A stretch of DNA of 32,000 nt from Pseudothioglobus sp. nBUS_23 (GCF_051201565.1 NZ_CP179200.1:750001-782000); one strand, 5' to 3'; shown: positions 8,212-17,792, numbered from the stretch's first letter. Translations and numbers: made by a program. The notes: generated by a model not told the origin, from the letters alone.

Positions 8212-9692
8212 TGTCAATTTTATTGAATCAAAGCTATGTTCCATTTGACTTGGGAGAAATTAACCCCAATACTACTGTGCTTGAATGGCTAAGAAGTAAT
8301 CAATTGGTTGGTACTAAGGAGGGTTGCGCTTCGGGAGACTGTGGTGCTTGTACTGCTGTTGTTGGTGAACTTGTAAACATTAACAATAAGGATTTGATTC
8401 AGTACAAAAGCATCAACACGTGTATTGCGCTTGCATACACGCTTATAGGAAAGCATTTAATTACGGTTGAGGGTTTATCAGAGGGTGAAGATCTTCACCC
8501 AGTTCAGAAGTCAATGATTACAGAAAATGGATCTCAGTGCGGATTCTGTACACCTGGTTTTGTGATGTCTCTATTTGCTTTGTATCATAATGAAAAGTCG
8601 CTGGATTCAACAAAGATAAATGATGCTTTATCTGGAAATTTATGTAGATGTACCGGTTATAAGCCTATTATTAGTGCTGCATACAAATCTTTTAGAGAAA
8701 AAGAGAAAGGCCAACTTGATTTTTATGAAAGGAATCAATCTGAGTTTGTCGAAGCTTTAAATGGCCTTAAAAATCAGAAAAATATTAACTTAAGATTTAA
8801 CGATGGAAATAAGACACTTCTCTTTGATGCGCCATCAAATGTTAATGATCTTTCTGAGCTCTTATCTGAAAACCCATCTGCAAATATTCTTGCTGCTGGA
8901 ACTGACTTAAATCTAGAGATTACCCAATCTAAGAATGAGTTTAGCCATATTGTCAGCGTCAATAGAGTCTCAGAGCTCAAACAGATTAATGAGCAAGATT
9001 CAGAAATCGAAATTGGTGCAGCTGTTAGCTATGAAGAAGCAAAATCAGTATTAGTCAAAAACTGGCCAGACTTAGACTCATTTCTTGAGCGGTTTGCGTC
9101 ATTACCTATTAAAAACTGGGCAACTATTGGCGGCAATATAGCTAATGCCTCACCCATTGGCGATATGGCTCCAGTTCTTATAGCTCTTGAGTCAAAGTTA
9201 AAACTTAGAAAAGGGGTGTCGAGTCGAATAATTGCACTTGAGGATTTCTTCGTAAGCTATAAAAAAACATTGCTAGAACCTTCAGAATTTATTGAAAGTA
9301 TTGTAATCCCAATGCCCTCCAATGGAGAGCGACTCATTACTCATAAAATATCAAAGAGATATGAAGACGACATTTCAGCAGTTTGTATGGCAATTAATGT
9401 AAAGGGTATCGAGTCTTCGTCTTTATCAGTAAAGATTGGGATGGGAGGTATGTCAGGGATTCCTCAAAGAGCAACTGAGCTTGAAAAAGTTTTTAAAGAG
9501 AGTTGGGATAAAGATGAGCTTCTTGAAGTGGCATATGAGGCCTTGAATCGAGAATTTTCTCCATTCACTGACGTAAGAGCGTCTGCTGAGTATCGTCTAA
9601 AAGTTTCAGCTGGTCTAGCGAAAAAGTCTTCTTTGATGCTTCAAGGTTATGCAGTTGAAGATCTTGCTCATTTCTCAGAATCGAAATCCTAA
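8211..9692 (+). CDS. xdhA: Xanthine dehydrogenase small subunit ([2Fe-2S] + FAD)
   Basis: 493 aa. GTG start with GAGGAAG SD, sharing one nt with the uraH stop. Cys motifs CASGDCGACT, GSQCGFCTPGF and LCRCTGY. FAD-domain motif AAGTDL. Confidence 0.93.
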   Translation: MSILLNQSYVPFDLGEINPNTTVLEWLRSNQLVGTKEGCASGDCGACTAVVGELVNINNKDLIQYKSINTCIALAYTLIGKHLITVEGLSEGEDLHPVQKSMITENGSQCGFCTPGFVMSLFALYHNEKSLDSTKINDALSGNLCRCTGYKPIISAAYKSFREKEKGQLDFYERNQSEFVEALNGLKNQKNINLRFNDGNKTLLFDAPSNVNDLSELLSENPSANILAAGTDLNLEITQSKNEFSHIVSVNRVSELKQINEQDSEIEIGAAVSYEEAKSVLVKNWPDLDSFLERFASLPIKNWATIGGNIANASPIGDMAPVLIALESKLKLRKGVSSRIIALEDFFVSYKKTLLEPSEFIESIVIPMPSNGERLITHKISKRYEDDISAVCMAINVKGIESSSLSVKIGMGGMSGIPQRATELEKVFKESWDKDELLEVAYEALNREFSPFTDVRASAEYRLKVSAGLAKKSSLMLQGYAVEDLAHFSESKS

Positions 9693-9694
9693 AA

Positions 9695-12016
9695 GTGGGA
9701 GTTAACATCAGTCAAAAGGCACAAAATTTAGGTCAAACAAAAAGCCCAGTTGGTCTTCCACTCCAGCATGATAGTGCTCGAATGCATGTGCAAGGAAGCG
9801 CGCAGTATATTGATGATATTGCTGAACCAAATGGAACTCTCCATGTCGCTTTTGCTCTCAGCAACGTCGCTCATGGAAAGATTCAAAGTATTAATGTTGA
9901 TGATGCGAAGAAGGCACAAGGAGTCCATAGTGTTTTAATTGCAGAAGAAATAGAACATTTATTAATTGGACCTATTCGCCATGACGAGCCTATTCTTGCA
10001 TCAAAAGAGGTTTTATTTTTTGGACAAGCAATTGCTGCAGTTTTAGCTGACAGTCACGATCTAGCAAAAAAAGCAGCGCTATTGGTGAGTGCTGAAATAG
10101 AAGAGTTAAAACCCATCGTAACTATCCAACAAGCAATGAAAGCAAAAAGCTTTCTAGATGATCCAATTGTCGTTAGTTCGGGTGACTCCAAATCAGCAAT
10201 TAAAAGTGCCAGCAACCAACTAACTGGATCATTAGAAATAGGGGGCCAAGAGCATTACTATTTAGAAGGTCAGGTGGCTATTTCAATTCCAACTGAAGAC
10301 AACGAAATGGTGATTCATTCCTCAACTCAAAACCCAACCGAAGTGCAGCATTTAGTCTCGTATGTATTAAACGTTCCTCAGAATGCGATTGAGGTCGTTA
10401 CTCGGAGAATGGGGGGAGGCTTTGGCGGCAAAGAGACAGATGCTTCTCAATTGGCATGTGTTTGTGCTATTTTCTCAGAAAAAACAAAAAGACCTGTCAA
10501 AGCAAGATTGTCCAGAAAGGACGATATGTTGTTGACTGGAAAGCGTCATGATTTTGTTGCAAATTATGAGGTTGGGTTTGATGACCAAGGCTTAATTAAA
10601 GGCATAACTATGGACCTTGCTGCTAGATGTGGATATTCATTAGATCTTTCTATGGCAATTGTTTCCCGAGCACTTTTTCATTCAGACAATGCTTATTTCA
10701 TTCCAAACGCTACCTTTACAGGTTATTTGTGCAAAACAAATACTGCTTCAAATACTGCATTTAGGGGCTTTGGAGGACCACAAGGTATGCTTGCAATTGA
10801 AAATATAGTTGAAGAGATTGCAAATACACTGGGTCTAGATCCTTTAGAGGTCAGAAGGTCAAATTTCTATCAAAAAAATGAAAATAATGTAACCCCATAC
10901 AGTCAGGTGATTGAGGATAACATTATTAGTGAAATTACAGATGAATTGATATCAGATAGTAATTATCACTCGAGAAGAAAAGAAATCGATAAATTCAATA
11001 AGGACAATAGATATTTAAAAAAAGGACTGGCATTCTCGCCCGTCAAGTTTGGAATCTCATTCACCACACAATTTCTGAATCAAGCGGGCGCTTTGGTAAG
11101 TATATACAAAGATGGCAGTATTCACTTGAATCATGGTGGTACAGAAATGGGTCAGGGGTTATTTATCAAGGTAGCTCAGGTCGTCGCAAATGAATTCGGT
11201 GTAGATGTCTCAAGAGTCAAAGTATCTGCAACCTCAACAGCAAAAGTTCCAAATACCTCTCCAACCGCGGCCTCATCTGGCTCAGATCTTAATGGTATGG
11301 CAGCAAGAGAAGCTTGTCTTCGAATTAAGAGTAATTTAATTAATTTCGCTAAAGAATATTTTGATGCCAGTGAGAGTGCAATCAAATTTGAAGATTCAAC
11401 AATTTTAGTAGACAAGAAACAAATTCCTTTTGATGAGTTTATTTCTTTGGCCTATTTGAATCGTGTGGAATTATTTAGTAATGGTTTTTATAAAACACCT
11501 AAAATTCATTTTGACCCAGCTACTCAAAAAGGTCGTCCATTCTTCTATTACTCCTATGGTGCGTGTGTTAGTGAAGTAATAGTAGATTGCTTAACAGGTG
11601 AGTATAAGCTTTTAGCTGTTGATATTTTGCATGATGTGGGAGCTTCTCTAAACCCTGCTATCGATATCGGTCAAATAGTTGGTGGCTACATTCAGGGCAT
11701 GGGTTGGCTTTGCTCAGAAGAGTTAAAATGGAATGATTTGGGCGCTCTTCTAACAACAGGAGCTTCGACTTATAAGATTCCTGCAATAGGAGATACTCCA
11801 GAGCGTTTTGAGGTAAAAATTAAGCCCCATATCTCCAATCATGAAAATACCATTCACAAATCAAAAGCGGTTGGTGAGCCACCCTTAATGCTTGCAATCT
11901 CAACTTGGCTTTCTATCAAAAATGCTATTTTTAATGCAAACAATGAAAATATTAGTGGGCTTAATGCACCTGCAAGTTTTGAGCGAGTATTTTTCAGCTT
12001 AAATAAAAGTTCTTAA
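9695..12016 (+). CDS. xdhB: Xanthine dehydrogenase molybdopterin-binding large subunit
   Basis: 773 aa with motifs RRMGGGFGGKET, AFRGFGGPQG, GGTEMGQG and KAVGEPP. GTG start 2 nt after the xdhA stop. No ATG precedes the conserved HDSA..HV.G.A.Y.DD region. Confidence 0.93.
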   Translation: MGVNISQKAQNLGQTKSPVGLPLQHDSARMHVQGSAQYIDDIAEPNGTLHVAFALSNVAHGKIQSINVDDAKKAQGVHSVLIAEEIEHLLIGPIRHDEPILASKEVLFFGQAIAAVLADSHDLAKKAALLVSAEIEELKPIVTIQQAMKAKSFLDDPIVVSSGDSKSAIKSASNQLTGSLEIGGQEHYYLEGQVAISIPTEDNEMVIHSSTQNPTEVQHLVSYVLNVPQNAIEVVTRRMGGGFGGKETDASQLACVCAIFSEKTKRPVKARLSRKDDMLLTGKRHDFVANYEVGFDDQGLIKGITMDLAARCGYSLDLSMAIVSRALFHSDNAYFIPNATFTGYLCKTNTASNTAFRGFGGPQGMLAIENIVEEIANTLGLDPLEVRRSNFYQKNENNVTPYSQVIEDNIISEITDELISDSNYHSRRKEIDKFNKDNRYLKKGLAFSPVKFGISFTTQFLNQAGALVSIYKDGSIHLNHGGTEMGQGLFIKVAQVVANEFGVDVSRVKVSATSTAKVPNTSPTAASSGSDLNGMAAREACLRIKSNLINFAKEYFDASESAIKFEDSTILVDKKQIPFDEFISLAYLNRVELFSNGFYKTPKIHFDPATQKGRPFFYYSYGACVSEVIVDCLTGEYKLLAVDILHDVGASLNPAIDIGQIVGGYIQGMGWLCSEELKWNDLGALLTTGASTYKIPAIGDTPERFEVKIKPHISNHENTIHKSKAVGEPPLMLAISTWLSIKNAIFNANNENISGLNAPASFERVFFSLNKSS

Positions 12017-12025
12017 AACATAATT

Positions 12026-13120
12026 ATGAATAGTTGGCTTAAGCACCTAAGGACATCAATTGCATTAAACAATGGCCTTGTAGTCATAACAATCATTGCC
12101 ACTAAAGGCTCTACTCCATGCACTAACGGTGATAAGATTGTTTACACGTCAAATGACGCTGTGTTTGGCAGTATTGGAGGAGGAAATCTCGAATTTAAAG
12201 CATTATCCCTTGCTAAAGAAATGCTTGAACTCAAAGGCAATAGCAATCAACTCATAAAATACCCTTTGGGGGCGACTTTGGGGCAGTGTTGTGGTGGCTA
12301 TGTAAAGGTTCTATTCGAAAGCTTCGTAACTAATAATTCATCTCTTAAAGACAAAGACTCATGGGTTGAAAAAGTATCCAGCCTCTATCAAGAGAGCGAA
12401 AATTTTATCTTGGGCACTAGCATTGATAATGACAAAAATCCACAGCTAGATAAACAAAAATTTCTCTTCACAAAAAAACACTTTTTTTCTTCATCTAATA
12501 ACAAAAAATTATCTACATTTGTAGAGGACTATTCATCAAAACTTTTACAAAACACTCAAAGCTCAACGCTCGTTGAGTTTGAGGATGAGGCAGGTTTAAA
12601 GACTGATATTTGTTTGGAAAAGGTAACTTCAAGTGATTTATTACCAGTAGCAGTCTTTGGCGCTGGACATATATCTCGGGCTCTAATGCCTATCCTCATC
12701 AATCTCCCTGTTAAATTATTTTGGATCGATGATCGCCAAGAACAATTTGATAAGTTTCAAGGAGATACTTCGCAAGTAAAAATTATCTGTGATGATATAG
12801 TTGAGAGTGTTTCAGAACTCCCAAACAATGTTTACTGTTTAGTAATCACCTATAGTCACAAAATTGATTTTGAGATTTCAGAACAAATGATTCTTCAAAA
12901 CAACTTCAGTTATTTGGGTATGATTGGCTCAACAATTAAGGGGAAAAAATTTAGAGATCGATTCATTCAAAAGAATTATCCTGAAGAAGTGGTTAATAAA
13001 TTTACTTGCCCAATTGGTGAAAAACAAAAATTTTTAAAGTCTCCCACTGCGATTGCTGTAACCATTGCAATGGACTTAATTAATTTTATTGAAAATAAAA
13101 ATCAAATTGAAGCGCTATGA
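12026..13120 (+). CDS. xdhC: Xanthine dehydrogenase accessory (Moco insertion) protein XdhC
   Basis: 364 aa. N-terminal XdhC/CoxI motifs KGSTP, GSIGGGNLE and LGQCCGG. C-terminal Rossmann-like FGAGHISRAL...WIDDR. A long K/N/S-rich linker separates the two parts. Confidence 0.88.
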   Translation: MNSWLKHLRTSIALNNGLVVITIIATKGSTPCTNGDKIVYTSNDAVFGSIGGGNLEFKALSLAKEMLELKGNSNQLIKYPLGATLGQCCGGYVKVLFESFVTNNSSLKDKDSWVEKVSSLYQESENFILGTSIDNDKNPQLDKQKFLFTKKHFFSSSNNKKLSTFVEDYSSKLLQNTQSSTLVEFEDEAGLKTDICLEKVTSSDLLPVAVFGAGHISRALMPILINLPVKLFWIDDRQEQFDKFQGDTSQVKIICDDIVESVSELPNNVYCLVITYSHKIDFEISEQMILQNNFSYLGMIGSTIKGKKFRDRFIQKNYPEEVVNKFTCPIGEKQKFLKSPTAIAVTIAMDLINFIENKNQIEAL

Positions 13121-14613
13121 ATTATCAATTAGAAGTTTCCAATATTACTAAATCTTATGGTGACCTTAAGGCAAACGATACTGTTTCTTTGAACATTAAG
13201 GACTCCAGTATCCATGCACTTTTGGGGGAAAATGGTGCTGGAAAATCAACATTAGTAAAAATAATTTATGGCTCATTGATGCCAGATAGTGGTGAAATGA
13301 GGTGGGGTGGAAATAGTTATAGCCCTAAAAATCCATTTGAGGCCAGAGAGAATGGAATTGCAATGGTCTTTCAGCATTTTTCATTATTTGAGTCTTTAAC
13401 TGTTGAAGAGAACATTATTTTGGGACTGGATGGAGTCGGGCTTAACCAAAACTTTACTGATGAAATCTTAAAGTACTCTAAGCAATATGGGCTGGATGTG
13501 AATCCTCAACAAGTTGTTGGTGACCTTTCTGTTGGCGCAAGACAGAGGGTCGAAATCATTCGCTGCTTACTTCAAAATCCAAAATTATTAATTATGGATG
13601 AGCCTACTTCAGTTTTGACACCACAAGAAGTTTCTGACTTGTTTGTTACTCTAAAAAAGCTTGCAGCTGATGGTTGTTCTATTCTCTATATTTCGCACAA
13701 ACTCGAAGAGGTTCGTGAGATTTGTAGTGAAGCGACTATTCTCAGAGGAGGTCGGTTAGTTCAAAGCTGTGTACCTCAAGATCATTCCCAAAAAGAACTT
13801 GCTGAAATGATGATTGGAAAAAAACTTACCGAGCTTGCTAGAAGCAAAATAAACGTTGGATCTGAGATTTTTTCTATAAATAATTTAAGCAAAAAAAGTG
13901 ACGATTTGTATGGAGTAGATTTAGAAAATATTAATTTGACTATTAGGCAAGGGAGTATTGTTGGAATTGCTGGCGTAGCTGGCAATGGTCAGGACGAGTT
14001 GATGGAGCTCCTAATAGGAGAAAAATCTTCAGGCGATGGTGTTCTCAGTTTTAATGGTCAAGATGTCGGCTTATTGGGCTCCCATGAGCGAAGACAGCTT
14101 TCAATGTTCTTTATTCCAGAAGAGCGTTTAGGGCATGGTGCAGTACCTGATATGAGTCTTGATGAGAACATGTTGTTGAGTAGGCCAGACTCTTCTGGTA
14201 TGACTTCAAGTGGGGTGATCGATTGGAGTAGCGTTGCTAGTTATTCTGAGAAGGTCATTGATGATTTTAATGTTCAAACGCCTTCTAGCAAAATGCTGGC
14301 TAAGTCCCTCTCAGGAGGAAACTTACAAAAATTTATGGTCGGAAGAGAGCTCATCAGAAACCCAGAACTGCTTATAGTTTCTCAGCCTACCTGGGGAGTG
14401 GATGCAGGATCTGCAAATAACATTCATCAGTCATTAATCTCACTCGCAGACAATGGTTCAGCTATTTTGATTATTTCACAAGATTTAGATGAAATCCTAA
14501 GTCTCTGTGAGCAGATTCATGTTTTGTCAGAAGGCAAGCTTTCAGAGGCAGTTGATATGAAAAATAATGGCCTAGAGAAGATTTCGCAGCTCATGGTAGG
14601 AGTTGAAAGCTAA
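13117..14613 (+). CDS. ABC transporter ATP-binding protein, fused double ABC (CUT2 family)
   Basis: 498 aa. Domain 1: [28 protein letters not shown]. Domain 2: degenerate P-loop GVAGNGQDEL, LSGGNLQK. ATGA overlap with xdhC. Confidence 0.93.
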   Translation: MNYQLEVSNITKSYGDLKANDTVSLNIKDSSIHALLGENGAGKSTLVKIIYGSLMPDSGEMRWGGNSYSPKNPFEARENGIAMVFQHFSLFESLTVEENIILGLDGVGLNQNFTDEILKYSKQYGLDVNPQQVVGDLSVGARQRVEIIRCLLQNPKLLIMDEPTSVLTPQEVSDLFVTLKKLAADGCSILYISHKLEEVREICSEATILRGGRLVQSCVPQDHSQKELAEMMIGKKLTELARSKINVGSEIFSINNLSKKSDDLYGVDLENINLTIRQGSIVGIAGVAGNGQDELMELLIGEKSSGDGVLSFNGQDVGLLGSHERRQLSMFFIPEERLGHGAVPDMSLDENMLLSRPDSSGMTSSGVIDWSSVASYSEKVIDDFNVQTPSSKMLAKSLSGGNLQKFMVGRELIRNPELLIVSQPTWGVDAGSANNIHQSLISLADNGSAILIISQDLDEILSLCEQIHVLSEGKLSEAVDMKNNGLEKISQLMVGVES

Positions 14614-15683
14614 TGATTAAACTTATCCCAAGAGTTGAAAATTCTAAAGCGATGATTTTATTATCTCCATTGCTTGCAATGACACTTACAGCGTTATCAG
14701 CACTAATAATATTTATTTTTATTTTGGATGACATCAAAGTTTCAAGCGTTTTTTTCACGCTCTTTGTTTTGCCACTTACCGACTCCTATTTATTTCCAGA
14801 ATTACTTGTAAAGGCAGCTCCATTAATGATTATTGGTCTTGGATTATCCATAGGCTTTAGGGCTGGAATATGGAATATTGGAGCTGAGGGTCAATATGTA
14901 ATTGGTGGTATTGCGGGCGGCGCAGTAGGACTTTATTTCTATAATGTTGAGGGTTTTTGGCTCCTACCTTTAATGGCTATAGCGTCAATTTTAGGTGGGA
15001 TGTTCTATGCAAGTATTGCTGCTTTTCTCCGCATTCGTTATCAGGTTAATGAAATATTGGTAACTTTGATGTTGACCTATGTTGCTGTATTGTTTCTCAG
15101 TGCAATGCTCCAAGGTCCTCTGAGAAATCCTGCAGGATTTAACTTCCCAGAAAGTAGAATATTTCATGACAGCGCTATGCTGCCAATCATATGGGAGGGC
15201 ACTCGTCTACATATTGGGTTTATTATTGCTATTATTATTTCACTCGTTGCCTGGTTTGGTATCAAGAAGCATATGTTTGGGATGCAGATTAAGATTACTG
15301 GAAGCGCCCCTAGGGCAGCTAAATTTGCAGGTTTTAATGACAATAAAACAGTTTTGTATTCTTTGCTTATATCTGGCGGATTAGCTGGATTGGCTGGTTT
15401 CTTTGAGGCGTCTGGACCTGCTGGTCAATTAACTCCAGGACTCCCTCAGTTTTATGGGTTTACCGCAATTATTGTTGCTTTCTTAGCGCGACTTCATCCC
15501 ATTGGAATTCTATTTTCATCTTTATTAATTGCGCTCAGTTATGTTGGCGGAGAGGAGGTTCAGATTGAGTACAATCTCCCGAGCTCAATCACTCAAATTT
15601 TTCAAGGTATGCTGCTTTTTTATTTTCTTGCATGCGACATATTAATTAAATACAAAGTTGTATTAAATAAAACTAAAAATTAA
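14613..15683 (+). CDS. ABC transporter permease (ribose/BMP-type)
   Basis: 356 aa, hydrophobic throughout with many predicted TM helices. TAATG overlap with the ATPase gene. Confidence 0.88.
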   Translation: MIKLIPRVENSKAMILLSPLLAMTLTALSALIIFIFILDDIKVSSVFFTLFVLPLTDSYLFPELLVKAAPLMIIGLGLSIGFRAGIWNIGAEGQYVIGGIAGGAVGLYFYNVEGFWLLPLMAIASILGGMFYASIAAFLRIRYQVNEILVTLMLTYVAVLFLSAMLQGPLRNPAGFNFPESRIFHDSAMLPIIWEGTRLHIGFIIAIIISLVAWFGIKKHMFGMQIKITGSAPRAAKFAGFNDNKTVLYSLLISGGLAGLAGFFEASGPAGQLTPGLPQFYGFTAIIVAFLARLHPIGILFSSLLIALSYVGGEEVQIEYNLPSSITQIFQGMLLFYFLACDILIKYKVVLNKTKN

Positions 15684-15689
15684 AAGACT

Positions 15690-16619
15690 ATGAATGAAAG
15701 CTTATTTATAAATATCATCATTGGAATCAGTATTGCCTCGACTCCACTTATTTTTGCAGCAATTGGTGAGCTCCTAGTAGAGCGCTCAGGAGTCCTAAAT
15801 CTCGGTGTTGAAGGAATGATGATTGTAGGCGCACTTCTGGGCTTTATTGTTCAGTTCCATACTGGAAACCCATTCTTAGCAGTCTTTGCTGCCCTTTTGG
15901 GCGGCATGGCTATTTCCTCTATTTTTGCTTTTTTAACCCAATTTTTGTTAACGAATCAGGTTGCAACTGGTCTTGCGTTAACTCTTTTTGGATTAGGTTT
16001 TTCTGCATTTGCAGGACGAGGCTATACTGAGGAAACGATAGTTTTAATTAAGGCGATTCATATCCCTGTTTTGTCCGACATTCCGTTTATTGGCCCATTA
16101 GTTTTCTCCATGAATCCGCTAGTTTACTTAGCATTCCTTATGGTGTATTTGGTATGGTGGTTCCTTTTTAAGACTAAACAAGGCCTAATTTTGCGATCTA
16201 TTGGTGATAATCATGATGCGGCCCATGCAATTGGCCACAATGTAGTCAGGTATAGATTTATGGCCATTTTGTTTGGTGGAGCTATGGCTGGAGTTGGTGG
16301 TGCCTTTTTGTCCCTTGTTCAAGTCCCAATTTGGGGTGAAGACATGACGGCAGGCAGGGGTTGGATTGCACTTGGGTTGGTTGTGTTTGCCTCATGGCAG
16401 CCATTTAGAATTATTTTAGGTGCAATTCTCTTTGGGGGAATCACTGTTCTTCAGCTCCATGCTCAAGGTTTCGATATTAGAATAAGTGCTCAATACCTAT
16501 CGATGTTGCCGTACCTTGCAACTATTATCATTTTAGTGAGTTTAAGAATACGACTAAAAAATAAAACAAATCGCACAGTCCCTAATTGTTTGGGTAGAAT
16601 ATTTCATTCAACATCCTAG
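15690..16619 (+). CDS. ABC transporter permease (ribose/BMP-type), second subunit
   Basis: 309 aa, hydrophobic throughout. Starts 6 nt after the previous permease gene. Confidence 0.88.
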   Translation: MNESLFINIIIGISIASTPLIFAAIGELLVERSGVLNLGVEGMMIVGALLGFIVQFHTGNPFLAVFAALLGGMAISSIFAFLTQFLLTNQVATGLALTLFGLGFSAFAGRGYTEETIVLIKAIHIPVLSDIPFIGPLVFSMNPLVYLAFLMVYLVWWFLFKTKQGLILRSIGDNHDAAHAIGHNVVRYRFMAILFGGAMAGVGGAFLSLVQVPIWGEDMTAGRGWIALGLVVFASWQPFRIILGAILFGGITVLQLHAQGFDIRISAQYLSMLPYLATIIILVSLRIRLKNKTNRTVPNCLGRIFHSTS

Positions 16620-16655
16620 TTAGGTGATTGTATTTAAGAAGTAAGAAAGTAAGTT

Positions 16656-16671
16656 AATTTGTTCAACAATT
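16656..16671. promoter_or_regulatory. AATTTGTTCAACAATT, containing inverted repeat TTGTTcAACAA; candidate operator related to the 1643-1666 sites
   Basis: 5-bp arms TTGTT/AACAA (16659-16669) with a 1-nt spacer. Closely resembles the reverse complement of site 1655-1669 (aatttgttgacaatt). It lies in the only sizeable gap (68 nt) of the 16-gene array, 17 nt upstream of the ATG and its GGAGAG SD. Confidence 0.3.
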
Positions 16672-16687
16672 AAAAGGAGAGAGAAGT

Positions 16688-17770
16688 ATGTCTAAAGTTA
16701 GATTCTCTAGTATTTTAAAACTGTCTGTTTTAAGTGCAGTTTTAGCATTTACTAGTAATGTCTCAGCTGATCCTGTCAAAGCAGCGTTCGTTTATATTGG
16801 CCCAACTGGTGACCATGGATGGACTTATGCGCATGATGAAGGGGTTAAGTATGCTAAGGAAAAGTTGGGTGATGACGTAATAGTGACAACGATTGAAAAC
16901 GTTGCAGAAAACTCTGACTCTGAGAGAGTTATTACGAGTCTTGCCCGTAAAAATGATATTGTTTTCACAACTTCATTTGGTTATATGAATCCAACTATTA
17001 AGGTTGCTAAGCGTTATCCAGATGTTAAGTTTGAGCATGCTACAGGATATATGTTAGAGGATAACGTGTCTGTATACTCAGCGAGATTCTATGAAGGAAG
17101 GCATGTCATTGGTAAGATTGCTGGAAGAATGACTGAAAGCAATGTTATCGGTTACATTGCATCATTCCCAATTCCAGAGGTAATCCGTGGAATTAACTCA
17201 GCGTTTTTAGCTGCAAAGTCAGTTAATCCTGATGTTCAAATCAAGGTTGTATGGGTTTACTCTTGGTATGATCCTGGTAAAGAAGCTGATGCTGCGAATG
17301 CTCTAATTGCTCAAGGTGCTGATGTCTTAATGCAGCATACTGACTCTACTGCAGCAATGACAGTTGCTGAAGAGAAAGGTGTTCATGCGTTTGGACAAGC
17401 TTCTAACATGCGTGAATGGGGTCCAAATGCTCAGTTAACTGGAATTATTAATGATTGGGGTCCTTACTATGCAGACAGAATTGCTGCAGTAAGAGATGGA
17501 ACTTGGACTTCTTCTGATACCTTTGCAGGTGTTCAGCAAGGCATGGTTAAGTTTGCGCCAATGAACAATAATATGCCTACTGAGGTTAAGAATGAAGCAA
17601 TGCAAGCAATTATTGATTTATCAATGGGAGCAATTCATCCATTTACTGGTCCAATCAATAAGCAAGATGGTAGCCCATGGTTAGCAGAAGGTGAAACGCC
17701 ACCTAACTTCCCTGACCTACTAACAATGGATTTCTATGTTGAAGGTATTGATAGTCAATATCCAAACTAA
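16688..17770 (+). CDS. BMP-family periplasmic substrate-binding protein, second paralog; probably purine base/nucleoside
   Basis: 360 aa. Signal peptide ending VSA|DP with no lipobox. BMP-fold length and layout. Strong SD AAAGGAGAG. Last gene of the importer and followed by a terminator. Confidence 0.85.
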   Translation: MSKVRFSSILKLSVLSAVLAFTSNVSADPVKAAFVYIGPTGDHGWTYAHDEGVKYAKEKLGDDVIVTTIENVAENSDSERVITSLARKNDIVFTTSFGYMNPTIKVAKRYPDVKFEHATGYMLEDNVSVYSARFYEGRHVIGKIAGRMTESNVIGYIASFPIPEVIRGINSAFLAAKSVNPDVQIKVVWVYSWYDPGKEADAANALIAQGADVLMQHTDSTAAMTVAEEKGVHAFGQASNMREWGPNAQLTGIINDWGPYYADRIAAVRDGTWTSSDTFAGVQQGMVKFAPMNNNMPTEVKNEAMQAIIDLSMGAIHPFTGPINKQDGSPWLAEGETPPNFPDLLTMDFYVEGIDSQYPN

Positions 17771-17792
17771 AATCCATCAAGCAAAACTAAAA

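Noticed and set aside
12472-12488. A7-CAC-T7 inside xdhC considered as a frameshift/pseudogenisation site.
   Set aside because: The reading frame runs uninterrupted through it, and both conserved XdhC domains are in the same frame, so there is no evidence of a frameshift. It is retained only as a minor note under the XdhC linker finding.
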